A model generated the notes under the pieces. The model was not told the DNA's origin. It worked only from the letters and a program-made list of their open reading frames with translations, and made no database searches. DNA of 24,579 nucleotides from a virus (Duplodnaviria > Caudoviricetes): IMG/VR virus record IMGVR_UViG_3300032305_001126, positions 1-24,579 of that record. One strand, 5' to 3'. Shown here one piece after another: positions 6,619 through 14,509 of the stretch. Position 1 is the first letter of the stretch, and each line of letters opens with the position of its first letter. The position numbers and the translations under genes are program-made.

Positions 6619-6639
6619 CAAGTGGGCGACTATGGCGGC

Positions 6640-7038
6640 ATGTCCATCACCTTCAGCGTTGACGGCGAGCCGGTCCCGCAGCCGCGGGCACGCATTACTA
6701 CGCGTGGAAAGTTTGCCCACGCATACGTTGAGGCCAAGCACCCGGTGCACGCCTACCGGGCGGCGTTGCAACTGGCCGCTGTAGATGCTGGCCTGCGGCC
6801 GTGCAAAGGCACGGTGGACGTTGTGATCGACGCAGTGTTTACGCGTCCCAGATCACACATGAACAAAAGCGGGCTTAAGCCCACGGCCCCTCTGGCCCCT
6901 CGGCCGGACGTGGACAACGTGGCCAAGGCGGTGCTCGACGCTATCGGGCCTGTGCTCGGCAATGACTCGCAGGTGAAGCGGCTGGTGATCGAGAAGCGTT
7001 ACGGCACGGAGGCACGGACGACCGTGCGTGTGACTTGA
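6640..7038 (+). CDS. rusA: RusA-family Holliday junction resolvase
   Basis: GEPVPQPRAR, RPDVDNVAKAVLDAI and NDSQV catalytic motifs. Confidence 0.9.
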   Translation: MSITFSVDGEPVPQPRARITTRGKFAHAYVEAKHPVHAYRAALQLAAVDAGLRPCKGTVDVVIDAVFTRPRSHMNKSGLKPTAPLAPRPDVDNVAKAVLDAIGPVLGNDSQVKRLVIEKRYGTEARTTVRVT

Positions 7039-7661
7039 GCGTGGCACTTGTCACAAGCGTGTCGGCGAACATTGCCGACTTGGCGGCGATCACTGTGCCC
7101 AACAAGCTCGAGTATTGCCTGCGGCATGGGTACACGCTGATCTGTGACAATCAGCCCTACGACCAGGCCGTGACCAGAGTCGATTTGCTGTGTCACTACC
7201 TCGACCGGTTCGACATGGTGTGGACGCTCGACTGTGATGCTGTGATCACAGACATCGGGAAGCCCATCCACGAGCTCGCCTGCATCGGGCCGCACGTCAC
7301 CGTGTGCGAGGAGGGGATCGTCTCTTGGAATCGGCTGAACTGCGGCAGCATGGTCTGGCGGAACACTGCCAAGGCACGCGTGCTACTGCAGACGATTTCC
7401 GAAGACCGCGACCGGTGGGCTGGACTTACTTGCGGGTGGCAGACACTGCTTGGCGAGTTCGCGGCGGTTGGCGTGGACGTGCTGAAGGTGGCCCCGCTGC
7501 GAGCCTTTAACTCGTGCGTGTGGAACAGGCCAGCCAACGAGCGGGATGAGGTCGGCAGCCACTGGCAGCCGGGCGACTTCGTGTACCACCCGTGCGGCGT
7601 CTTTCCGATGGAGGAGCGAACCGAGTGGCTGAAGCGCATTCTGACTCAGGTGAGACGGTGA
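7035..7661 (+). CDS. Glycosyltransferase, GT34 (GMA12/MNN10)-like
   Basis: NKLEYCLRHGY, WTLDCDAVITD (DxD), LNCGSMVWRNT, WQPGDFVYHPCG. Confidence 0.75.
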   Translation: MSVALVTSVSANIADLAAITVPNKLEYCLRHGYTLICDNQPYDQAVTRVDLLCHYLDRFDMVWTLDCDAVITDIGKPIHELACIGPHVTVCEEGIVSWNRLNCGSMVWRNTAKARVLLQTISEDRDRWAGLTCGWQTLLGEFAAVGVDVLKVAPLRAFNSCVWNRPANERDEVGSHWQPGDFVYHPCGVFPMEERTEWLKRILTQVRR

Positions 7662-8545
7662 ATATCCCCGAGCACCTCGTGCGGCCCATCGAGCCCTTCC
7701 GGTCGTCGTTCGACGAGCAGGTGGTGCTTGGGGCCGTCGAGATCGCCGAGAGTCGCATTGCCATTGTCGGGCTGGCCCGCAACTGTGCTCCGCAGCTGGC
7801 GGCCAACCTCGAGCTCGCAGCCCTGCTTGGCTCCGGGAGTGAGGAGTGGCAGCTGCACGTCGAGACCAATGACAACGAGGACGCCACCGACCAGGTGCTC
7901 TCCGAGTTCTGCCACAAGCACCGGCAGGCGACGTTCACAAGCAAGCGGCTGGGCCGTCAGCAGTTCTCCACAGAGTTCGCAGGCCGACGCACCGAGGCCC
8001 TGGCCGAGTACCGGACGGCCTGCCAGCGGTGGGTGCGTGAGTGTGCGGCCGACACCGACTACGTCGTGGTGATTGACCTCGACGCATGGGGCGGCTGGCT
8101 GCCGCAAGGCGTGCTGAACGGCTTTGGGTGGCTGCGTGAGATGCCAGAGGCCTATGGCATGGCCAGCGTGTCGCTCCTGCAGCATCCGGCCTACGAGACA
8201 AACGCCACAGGCGAGACGCAGCAGATTGCCGCGTGGCTGCACTACGACTGCTGGGCACTCAGGCTCAATTCCTATTGGGACGACTACACGAACGGCGTGG
8301 GCGGCTGGAAGCACCAATGGTTGCCGCCGGTCGGCAGCCCTCCTGTGCCCGTGTGTAGTGCGATGGGCGGGCTGGCGATCTACCGCACATACGCATACCT
8401 CGCCGGGCGGTACGACGGCCGGGACTGCGAGCACGTGACGTTTCACGAGAGCATTGCCAATGCGACGGGGCAGCAGCTGTACATGAATCCCTCGCAGAGG
8501 TGTTTGATGAGGTGGCTCGATGGCGGGAATCACGGCGACGATTGA
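7658..8545 (+). CDS. Glycosyltransferase, GT-A fold, GT69/Cap59 mannosyltransferase-like
   Basis: IVGLARNC, ETNDNEDAT, RTEALAEYR, YVVVIDLD (DxD), YDCWALR, PVPVCSAMGGLAIYR, CEHVTFH. GTG 7658 overlaps the previous stop. Confidence 0.75.
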   Translation: MNIPEHLVRPIEPFRSSFDEQVVLGAVEIAESRIAIVGLARNCAPQLAANLELAALLGSGSEEWQLHVETNDNEDATDQVLSEFCHKHRQATFTSKRLGRQQFSTEFAGRRTEALAEYRTACQRWVRECAADTDYVVVIDLDAWGGWLPQGVLNGFGWLREMPEAYGMASVSLLQHPAYETNATGETQQIAAWLHYDCWALRLNSYWDDYTNGVGGWKHQWLPPVGSPPVPVCSAMGGLAIYRTYAYLAGRYDGRDCEHVTFHESIANATGQQLYMNPSQRCLMRWLDGGNHGDD

Positions 8546-8879
8546 TCTGAACCTCCTCCGCATCCAGTGGGACTCTCACTCGGCTATGGTCGCGATCTGC
8601 ACCCACTGGACGATCACGAAGGACCAGCTCATCAGGCTGAAGGGCGTGGTGCCCCTGGCCCCTCGCCACGACCGTCGGTTCCGCTTCAAGCCCAAGCGGT
8701 CAGAGTCCAGAGACCCGACGCCAAGCGAGATCCGAGCGGCCACGAAGCGTATCCGGGCGACTTGGGACGAAGCCACCGAGCAGGAGCGGCGAGTGGTGAA
8801 GACGCAGTTTTTCCAGATGCGTTCGTATTCACTGCCCGAAGAACTGCAAGACATCCCTGAGATACAGCCAGATTGGTAG
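8520..8879 (+). CDS. Hypothetical basic protein, possible HTH regulator
   Basis: N-terminal L..QW......IC.HW.IT..QL helix pattern; C-terminal DPTPSEIR..IRATW motif. Confidence 0.55.
   Translation: MAGITATIDLNLLRIQWDSHSAMVAICTHWTITKDQLIRLKGVVPLAPRHDRRFRFKPKRSESRDPTPSEIRAATKRIRATWDEATEQERRVVKTQFFQMRSYSLPEELQDIPEIQPDW
8842..8874 (+). promoter_or_regulatory. Candidate late promoter copy 1 (upstream of the membrane/lysis cassette)
   Basis: AACTGCAAG-N18-CAGATT; same motif and spacing at 14205, 16551 and 21446. Confidence 0.5.
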
Positions 8880-8909
8880 AGACAGAAAACTCAGGGCAAA
8901 GCACTTCGC

Positions 8910-9266
8910 ATGATTGCCGCCGCAGACAACCTGCACAACATCGTGATGCAGATCACCACCTTCCTGTCGTCTGCCCGCGAGCAGGCGACCGCTGGGATGA
9001 CGTGGCAGAAGTTCGGCCGGTTGCTCATCGACCTCCTGCACCAGGCGGTGACTGGCCTTGATGCAGTCGCGGGCCTCACTGGCCCAGAGAAAAAGGTGCT
9101 GGTGCTGACTGCTGTGGCTTCGCTCTTTGACAGCGTAGCCGACAGGTGCGTCCCGCTCACTGTGTACCCGTTCTGGACTGTCATCCGCCCGGCCACCCGG
9201 ACGCTGGTGCTGGCGATCGCTTCCGGTGCGATTGAGTCTCTCCTTCCGATCACGAGGTCTGCATGA
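8910..9266 (+). CDS. Hydrophobic protein, possible holin-like
   Basis: Amphipathic and hydrophobic helices with a TGPEKK motif; first gene of the membrane cassette. Confidence 0.55.
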   Translation: MIAAADNLHNIVMQITTFLSSAREQATAGMTWQKFGRLLIDLLHQAVTGLDAVAGLTGPEKKVLVLTAVASLFDSVADRCVPLTVYPFWTVIRPATRTLVLAIASGAIESLLPITRSA

Positions 9267-9538
9267 TCACGCTGCTACTTGTCGCCGGTGCTCTGGCGTT
9301 TCTGTTCTGGCCCAAGGCTGGCACGACGGCTTTACCAAAATCCTTTTCGCCGGAGGATTTGTTTCTCGTGCCGCCACCGGCTGCACCCAAGCCTCCCGCG
9401 GCCCCGGATGCCCGGGACGCTATCGACTCCCTACTCGAGGTCCGCGACCGGCTGGCTGCGACTGAGGCCCTCGACGAGGACTCGGCCAAGGCCGTCGATG
9501 TGCTGTGGCTGGACCTGCTCCACGGGAGCAAGAAATGA
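9263..9538 (+). CDS. Membrane-anchored hypothetical protein
   Basis: N-terminal TM (MITLLLVAGALAFLFWP), Pro-rich linker, helical C-terminus; ATGA overlaps. Confidence 0.7.
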   Translation: MITLLLVAGALAFLFWPKAGTTALPKSFSPEDLFLVPPPAAPKPPAAPDARDAIDSLLEVRDRLAATEALDEDSAKAVDVLWLDLLHGSKK

Positions 9539-9987
9539 ACCGCGACAAGCTGATCGGAGCCTGTGTCCTGCTTACTCTGGCCCTGCTTGCGGCCTATGTT
9601 GAGTACGGGCCTCGTAACTCAACACCAGCACCAGGCGGCGAGTTCTCGCTGCGTGGCAAGTGGATCGGGCCGCACGCAGCCGACGACGCTGCTGCGTTCG
9701 CGGGCCTGTGCCGCGGCATCGCCGACGCTCTTGAGGCCGACGGCAGCCGACAACAGCCGCGGATCACCTCGGGCGTGCAGGTCGAGGACGTGCGGGTCGC
9801 TGCGGCCGAGGGCCGTTTCCTGCCGCGTCGCCTGACTCAAGAGCAACCGCACGCCGTGGCGGCCGCCGGGAAGTTCTTGGACGAAGTGGCTGGCACGTCA
9901 GGCGGCCCGCTCGACGCAGCTGCTCGAGCAAAGTGGGTGCAGGCGTATCGCCAACTGGCCACTGCGGCCGAGGAGAGCGTCCGATGA
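9535..9987 (+). CDS. Membrane-anchored helical hypothetical protein
   Basis: ATG 9535 overlap; TM LIGACVLLTLALLAAYV. Confidence 0.7.
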   Translation: MNRDKLIGACVLLTLALLAAYVEYGPRNSTPAPGGEFSLRGKWIGPHAADDAAAFAGLCRGIADALEADGSRQQPRITSGVQVEDVRVAAAEGRFLPRRLTQEQPHAVAAAGKFLDEVAGTSGGPLDAAARAKWVQAYRQLATAAEESVR

Positions 9988-10229
9988 GGTTTGCTGACTT
10001 CCTGTGGGAGCTTATGGACAACACACTCTACGCGATGCACTTGGCCGCTGTGCTGTGCCTTGGCACGTCTGCTGTGGCCTGCCCAGTGCTGCTGTACTCG
10101 TTGCTGATTGAGATCCGCGAATTGCGGACACAGATCCCCAAGTCGTGCGAGTGTCGGCACGACGGCCCTGGCCCTGTCCTGCCTCGCGTTCTGCCGCGGG
10201 TGCGGCGGATCGGCGAGGAGGCGGACTGA
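9984..10229 (+). CDS. Small membrane protein
   Basis: ATG 9984 overlap; hydrophobic segment AMHLAAVLCLGTSAVACPVLLYSLLI. Confidence 0.65.
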   Translation: MRFADFLWELMDNTLYAMHLAAVLCLGTSAVACPVLLYSLLIEIRELRTQIPKSCECRHDGPGPVLPRVLPRVRRIGEEAD

Positions 10230-11293
10230 TGAGCCACCGCAAGGCCGTCTGGACATTCTCAGCCCTCGCGTTCGTCGTCTGTGCGGCGTTGCTCGGGGCG
10301 ATCGTGGACCACTACGCCCACCGGTTGCTGCGGAGCGTGGACAACTCATTCGGCTACCGCCCCGACCCGGTGGGCGTGCGGGCGTTTCTCGGCGAGCTCG
10401 ACAAACCCACGTTTCAGGAAGCCGGTGCGGACGCTGTACGCAAGGCCAAGGGGCTAGACGTGTTTCTGTACCGGGCGACGAACAAAGCCCATCAGCGTAC
10501 GTACGGCGAGCCTTGGACGTGCTGGAATCAGGGAAACGCTGGGACGTGCGTCTCGATGGCTTTCGGGCTGGGATGCCAGACGGCACTGGCTACCGATTGG
10601 CTGGCAGGAAAGGGTGAGCCGCCGAAGGCCGTGGCCACCGAGCCGATCTATGGCGGAGCCCGCACCTTTGGCATGGGCCAGCCCACGCAGTTCGGCGGCG
10701 ACGGTGCTACAGGCTTTGGTGCCGCTCGGTGGATCTCGGGCAAGTGCAAGGTGCCCGATGTAGGTGGCGTGCTATTCCGAAAGCCATACGGCTCAGTTGA
10801 CCTCACGACATACTCGATCCCGCTCTCGCGTGAGTGGGGATCGCGTGGCGTCCCGCTCGAGCTCGCCAAGCTGGCCCACCAGAACAAGTGCTATGCAGTC
10901 GCCCAGGTGAAGACGTGGGAGGAGTTGGCGGCAGCACTGGAATCGGGATTTCCGGTTGCTGTCTGCTCTCAGGTGGGATACGGCCCGACGCCGCGGCAGC
11001 GTGACGCGTTGGGATTCCTGACCCGCGGTACGTCTTGGTCGCACGCGATGCTCGTCTGGGGAATCCGGCACGAGAAGAACGGCGGCGGCCGTGATGGTGC
11101 ACTGGTCCAAAACTCTTGGCAGGTGTCTTGGGTGTCCGGGGCAAAGTGGCCGAGCGATCAGCCCGACGGCTCATTCTGGACGAGCCGAGAGAACATTGAG
11201 GCGGCTATGAGTCAGGGCGACTCGTGGGCGATCTCGGGCACGACGTTTGACTACAAGAAACTAGAGAACGACGAATGGGGGCTGGCACTATGA
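10229..11293 (+). CDS. Papain-like (C1-type) cysteine peptidase with N-terminal membrane anchor
   Basis: Catalytic motifs NQGNAGTCVS (Gln/Cys), WSHAMLVWG (His), VQNSW (Asn), DGSFW. TM AVWTFSALAFVVCAALLGAIV. SD GAGGAGG. Confidence 0.8.
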   Translation: MSHRKAVWTFSALAFVVCAALLGAIVDHYAHRLLRSVDNSFGYRPDPVGVRAFLGELDKPTFQEAGADAVRKAKGLDVFLYRATNKAHQRTYGEPWTCWNQGNAGTCVSMAFGLGCQTALATDWLAGKGEPPKAVATEPIYGGARTFGMGQPTQFGGDGATGFGAARWISGKCKVPDVGGVLFRKPYGSVDLTTYSIPLSREWGSRGVPLELAKLAHQNKCYAVAQVKTWEELAAALESGFPVAVCSQVGYGPTPRQRDALGFLTRGTSWSHAMLVWGIRHEKNGGGRDGALVQNSWQVSWVSGAKWPSDQPDGSFWTSRENIEAAMSQGDSWAISGTTFDYKKLENDEWGLAL

Positions 11294-11520
11294 GCCTGAT
11301 CATGTGGGCCTTGTTCGGTGCGATTGTGGGCGGCATCGCCCGTGCCCTGCTGCCGTCAAAGCTGCCGACAGGCTGGCTGCCGACGATCGCCATTGGCTGC
11401 GTTGGCAGCATTGCAGGCGGCCTGCCGTTTGGCACAGGCCCTGCCGGGTTTGTGGGATCAATCATCGGGGCTGTTGTCGTTCTGTATCTGCACCGCATGT
11501 GGAGCGAAGCCAATGTCTGA
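11290..11520 (+). CDS. GlsB/YeaQ/YmgE (transglycosylase-associated) membrane protein, putative holin
   Basis: WALFGAIVGGIARALLP..TIAIGCVGSIAGG..GFVGSIIGAVVVL signature. Confidence 0.85.
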   Translation: MSLIMWALFGAIVGGIARALLPSKLPTGWLPTIAIGCVGSIAGGLPFGTGPAGFVGSIIGAVVVLYLHRMWSEANV

Positions 11521-11794
11521 CCAGCACAAGAAAATGGTAGTGGCAGGCGTGATTGCATTGGCCCTCACGTGGTGGCTGGCTACTGCTCCAGAGTCGCCCA
11601 TCAGGCCGATCCCACCCAAGCCCGAGCGGCCCGTACTGCGGTTCCTGGCCAAGGTGGCCAGTGTGGCTGCACGGTTCGGCCTGACAGCCCTGCTATTCGC
11701 TGAGCCTGCCCCACAGGCCCCCGATGAGGTGCACCTGGCCCACGCTGTGCTAGGGCCTGATGGGCACCAGCAACTCAGGAACGAGGTGTGGTGA
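11513..11794 (+). CDS. Membrane-anchored hypothetical protein
   Basis: ATG 11513; TM MVVAGVIALALTWWLA; Pro-rich segment followed by an amphipathic RPVLRFLAKVA helix. Confidence 0.65.
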   Translation: MSDQHKKMVVAGVIALALTWWLATAPESPIRPIPPKPERPVLRFLAKVASVAARFGLTALLFAEPAPQAPDEVHLAHAVLGPDGHQQLRNEVW

Positions 11795-12063
11795 TGTGGC
11801 ACTGGTTGCTCTACACGTTGGCCTCCTTCTCGGCTGATCCCCATCTGCTCGAGCAGGAGCGTGCCCGCACTGCTGGTGCGGTGAACGTGGCCTATGCATC
11901 CCTTGCTGAAGAGGCGCCAGCACCACCACGCGAGCCCGCTAAGCCCGCGGCCCCTACCGTATGCCCTGACTGCAATGGTAAGGGCTATAGCGTGCGTCCT
12001 GACGGCTCACGGTGGGCCTGCCGATGCAAAGCGTGCCCAACAGGTACGTGCCCGCAGAGGTGA
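11794..12063 (+). CDS. Hypothetical protein with Cys-rich (DnaJ-type CxxCxGxG) C-terminus
   Basis: CPDCNGKG..ACRCKACPTGTCP; hydrophobic N-terminus; TGATG overlap. Confidence 0.65.
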   Translation: MWHWLLYTLASFSADPHLLEQERARTAGAVNVAYASLAEEAPAPPREPAKPAAPTVCPDCNGKGYSVRPDGSRWACRCKACPTGTCPQR

Positions 12064-12068
12064 TCCAG

Positions 12069-12410
12069 ATGCCCAGCAGGATGCCAAGCTATCGGCCGCC
12101 TCGCCTGCGTACACATAGCAGGCGAGATGACACGGCCAGGCCCAACGCATCTGCCCGTGGCTACACAGACAAGCAACACCGCAAGTGGCGGCAGGCCGTG
12201 CTGACACGTGATGCATGGGCCTGCGTGGACTGTGGACGCATCGACCAGGCCAACCATGCCGACCACATCGTGCCGGTGGCTGAGCGGCCCGACCTGCGGT
12301 ACGAGGTGAGCAACGGGGCGTGTCGATGTCGTTCGTGTCACTCACGGAAGACGATCCGCGAGCGGCCACCGGCGAGGCGAAACGGGGTACCCCCTATCAC
12401 GGGGGGTTAG
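12069..12410 (+). CDS. HNH endonuclease (HK97 gp74-like terminase cofactor)
   Basis: RGY..WR..VL.RD..CVDCG..DHIVP..N..C..CHSRKT, immediately upstream of TerS. Confidence 0.9.
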   Translation: MPSRMPSYRPPRLRTHSRRDDTARPNASARGYTDKQHRKWRQAVLTRDAWACVDCGRIDQANHADHIVPVAERPDLRYEVSNGACRCRSCHSRKTIRERPPARRNGVPPITGG

Positions 12411-12490
12411 GGTATGGGCAACCACGGTTGTAACCGAAAGAAACGCACGGCCGAAATTGAAAGTTTGCGTTTTGCGGCCGAAAACGAGGG
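12384..12490. other. Putative cos/packaging-initiation region
   Basis: Lies between HNH and TerS. Palindrome GGGGTACCCC (12384-12393), G-run, CGGTT-GT-AACCG, AAACGCA/TGCGTTT inverted repeat, CGGCCGAAA twice (12448, 12475). Confidence 0.45.
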
Positions 12491-12537
12491 GTGCGAAATA
12501 AATCGTCCCATCAATCGTCGCCCTGGAGACCAGTCAG

Positions 12538-12996
12538 ATGGGTAAGGGAAGAAAGCCCACTCCTAAGTCGATCCTTAAGCTGCGCGGGTCTCGCGTTAGG
12601 GGGCCGCATAAGGCGGCGATCGACGCACCGGTCGGCGTTCCGCCTGCCCCCGCCTGGCTGTCGGAAGTCGCATCGGCCGAGTGGCACCGGATCGTGCCGA
12701 TGCTCGAGGCGTCCAAGGTCATGAGCCCGCGGCACCAGCAGACGCTCGCGGCCTACTGCGACTCGTTCGCCGACATGGTTCAAGCCGACCAAGAGCTTAA
12801 GGCAAACGGCACAACTCTCATTGACGACAAGGGTAGGGTGAGCAATCACCCGGCGTGGATGAGAAAACGTGACGCACGGAATCAGATGCTGAAGTTCGCG
12901 TCCGAGTTCGGCCTGACGGCATCTGCACTGGCGAGGGTCTCATCTGTTGACCAAGGCCCGCAAGAAGACGACGAAGACTCCCGCATGTTCGCTTAA
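12538..12996 (+). CDS. terS: Terminase small subunit, P27 family
   Basis: GRKPTP..LKLRG, PPAPAWLS..A..EW.RI, LAAYC, HPA, SEFGLT..AR. Confidence 0.92.
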   Translation: MGKGRKPTPKSILKLRGSRVRGPHKAAIDAPVGVPPAPAWLSEVASAEWHRIVPMLEASKVMSPRHQQTLAAYCDSFADMVQADQELKANGTTLIDDKGRVSNHPAWMRKRDARNQMLKFASEFGLTASALARVSSVDQGPQEDDEDSRMFA

Positions 12997-14509
12997 TGCG
13001 AAGGCGGCCGACATCGCCGTCCGGTTCTTTGAGGAGAACCTGACGCACAGCAAAGGCGAGATGGGCGGCAAGCCGTTCCTGCTCGAGCCGTGGCAGCGTG
13101 ACTACGTCGGCAAACTGTTCGGCACGATGAACGGCGACGTGCGGCAGTACCGTACTAGCCTGCTGGCGATCCCTCGCAAGAACGGCAAAAGCACGCTCTG
13201 CGCTGGCATTGCGCTAAAGCTGATGTTCGACGGCGAGCCGGGTGCCGAGATCTACTCGTGTGCTGCCGATCGGGATCAGGCCCGCCTGGTCTTTGAGATG
13301 GCAAAGGTCTGCGTCGAGAACTCGCCCAAGCTGCGGAGCCGACTGCGGGTGTTCCGCAACTCGATCGTGCGAGAGGACACGCACACCACGTACAAGGCCC
13401 TCTCGGCCGAGGCGTTTACCAAGCACGGGCTGAACGCTCACGGCATAATCTTCGACGAGCTCCACGCCCAGCCCGACCGCGAGCTCTGGGACGTGATGAC
13501 CACGAGCACCGGGGCCAGACGGCAGCCGCTGTGCGTCGCGATCACCACGGCAGGGTACGACAGGAAAAGCATCTGCTGGGAAATCTGGCGTTACGCCCTG
13601 GCTGTTCGTGATGGGGCGATCAAAGACCCGACCTTCCTGCCCGCAATCTATGCAGCTGATCCCGCAGATGACTGGACTGCCGAGGCTACGTGGCGGAAGG
13701 CCAATCCCAACCTGGGCGTGTCGGTGAAGCTCGACGACCTGCGTGTCCGGTGCAAGCGGGCACAGGACATGCCGAGCGAGGAGAACACCTTTAAAAGATT
13801 GCACCTCAACTGTTGGACGGAACAGGACACGCGTTTTCTGCAGATGTCTCACTGGGCACAGGGCGACAAGCCCTGCCCGGTGATGCTCGACGGCCGCGAG
13901 TGCTTCGGCGGTCTCGACCTAGCGACCACGTACGATACGACCTGTCTCTGCCTGCTGTTCCCGCTGGACGACGGCACCTTCTGGGCCGAGCCGCACTTCT
14001 GGATACCAGAGGAGAACATGCGGGACCGTGTGAAGCGTGACCGGGTGCCGTACGACGTGTGGGCCAAGGCAGGCAAGCTGCACCTCACGCCCGGCAACGT
14101 GACCGACTTCGACCAGGTGCGGGCCGACATCGTGGCGTTGTCTAAGAAATACAACATCCGGCAGGTGGCCATCGACCGGTGGAACGCCCACCAGATCACG
14201 GGTCAACTGCAAGGCGAGGGCATAAACGTCCTAGGCTTTGGGCAGGGATACGGCTCGATGTCGAGCCCTACGGCTGCGCTGGAGGCTGCCGTCGTTGGCG
14301 GCAAACTGCTGCACGGCGGGCACCCTGTGCTGGCGTGGCAGGCTTCCAACGTGGCAGTGCAGAGCGATCACGCAGGAAACAAGAAAGTCTCGAAGGCCAA
14401 GAGCACGGAGCGGATCGACGGCATCGTCGCCCTGATCATGGCCCTCGGCATCCACGCGACCTCGACCGCACCAGCACCCGCACAATCTTGGGACATTATC
14501 ACGCTATGA
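12947..14509 (+). CDS. terL: Terminase large subunit (HK97-like, Terminase_1)
   Basis: LEPWQ, IPRKNGKST (Walker A), IIFDELH (Walker B), ITTAG, GGLDLA, RIDGIVALIMA. Start codon uncertain (TTG 12947). Confidence 0.95.
   Translation: MTKARKKTTKTPACSLNAKAADIAVRFFEENLTHSKGEMGGKPFLLEPWQRDYVGKLFGTMNGDVRQYRTSLLAIPRKNGKSTLCAGIALKLMFDGEPGAEIYSCAADRDQARLVFEMAKVCVENSPKLRSRLRVFRNSIVREDTHTTYKALSAEAFTKHGLNAHGIIFDELHAQPDRELWDVMTTSTGARRQPLCVAITTAGYDRKSICWEIWRYALAVRDGAIKDPTFLPAIYAADPADDWTAEATWRKANPNLGVSVKLDDLRVRCKRAQDMPSEENTFKRLHLNCWTEQDTRFLQMSHWAQGDKPCPVMLDGRECFGGLDLATTYDTTCLCLLFPLDDGTFWAEPHFWIPEENMRDRVKRDRVPYDVWAKAGKLHLTPGNVTDFDQVRADIVALSKKYNIRQVAIDRWNAHQITGQLQGEGINVLGFGQGYGSMSSPTAALEAAVVGGKLLHGGHPVLAWQASNVAVQSDHAGNKKVSKAKSTERIDGIVALIMALGIHATSTAPAPAQSWDIITL
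14205..14237 (+). promoter_or_regulatory. Candidate late promoter copy 2 (inside terL, upstream of portal)
   Basis: AACTGCAAG-N18-TAGGCT. Confidence 0.5.

Noticed and set aside
6613-6640. GCTTGAC motif before rusA (and at 17942 before the third GT) as a sigma70 -35
   Set aside because: No -10 at 16-18 nt, and spacing to the nearest NANNNT differs between copies (7 versus 6). Not supportable, though a leaderless rusA transcript is possible.
14179-14505. Extended portal N-terminus in the ORF track
   Set aside because: Overlaps the terL C-terminus. ATG 14506 in the ATGA overlap is the plausible start.
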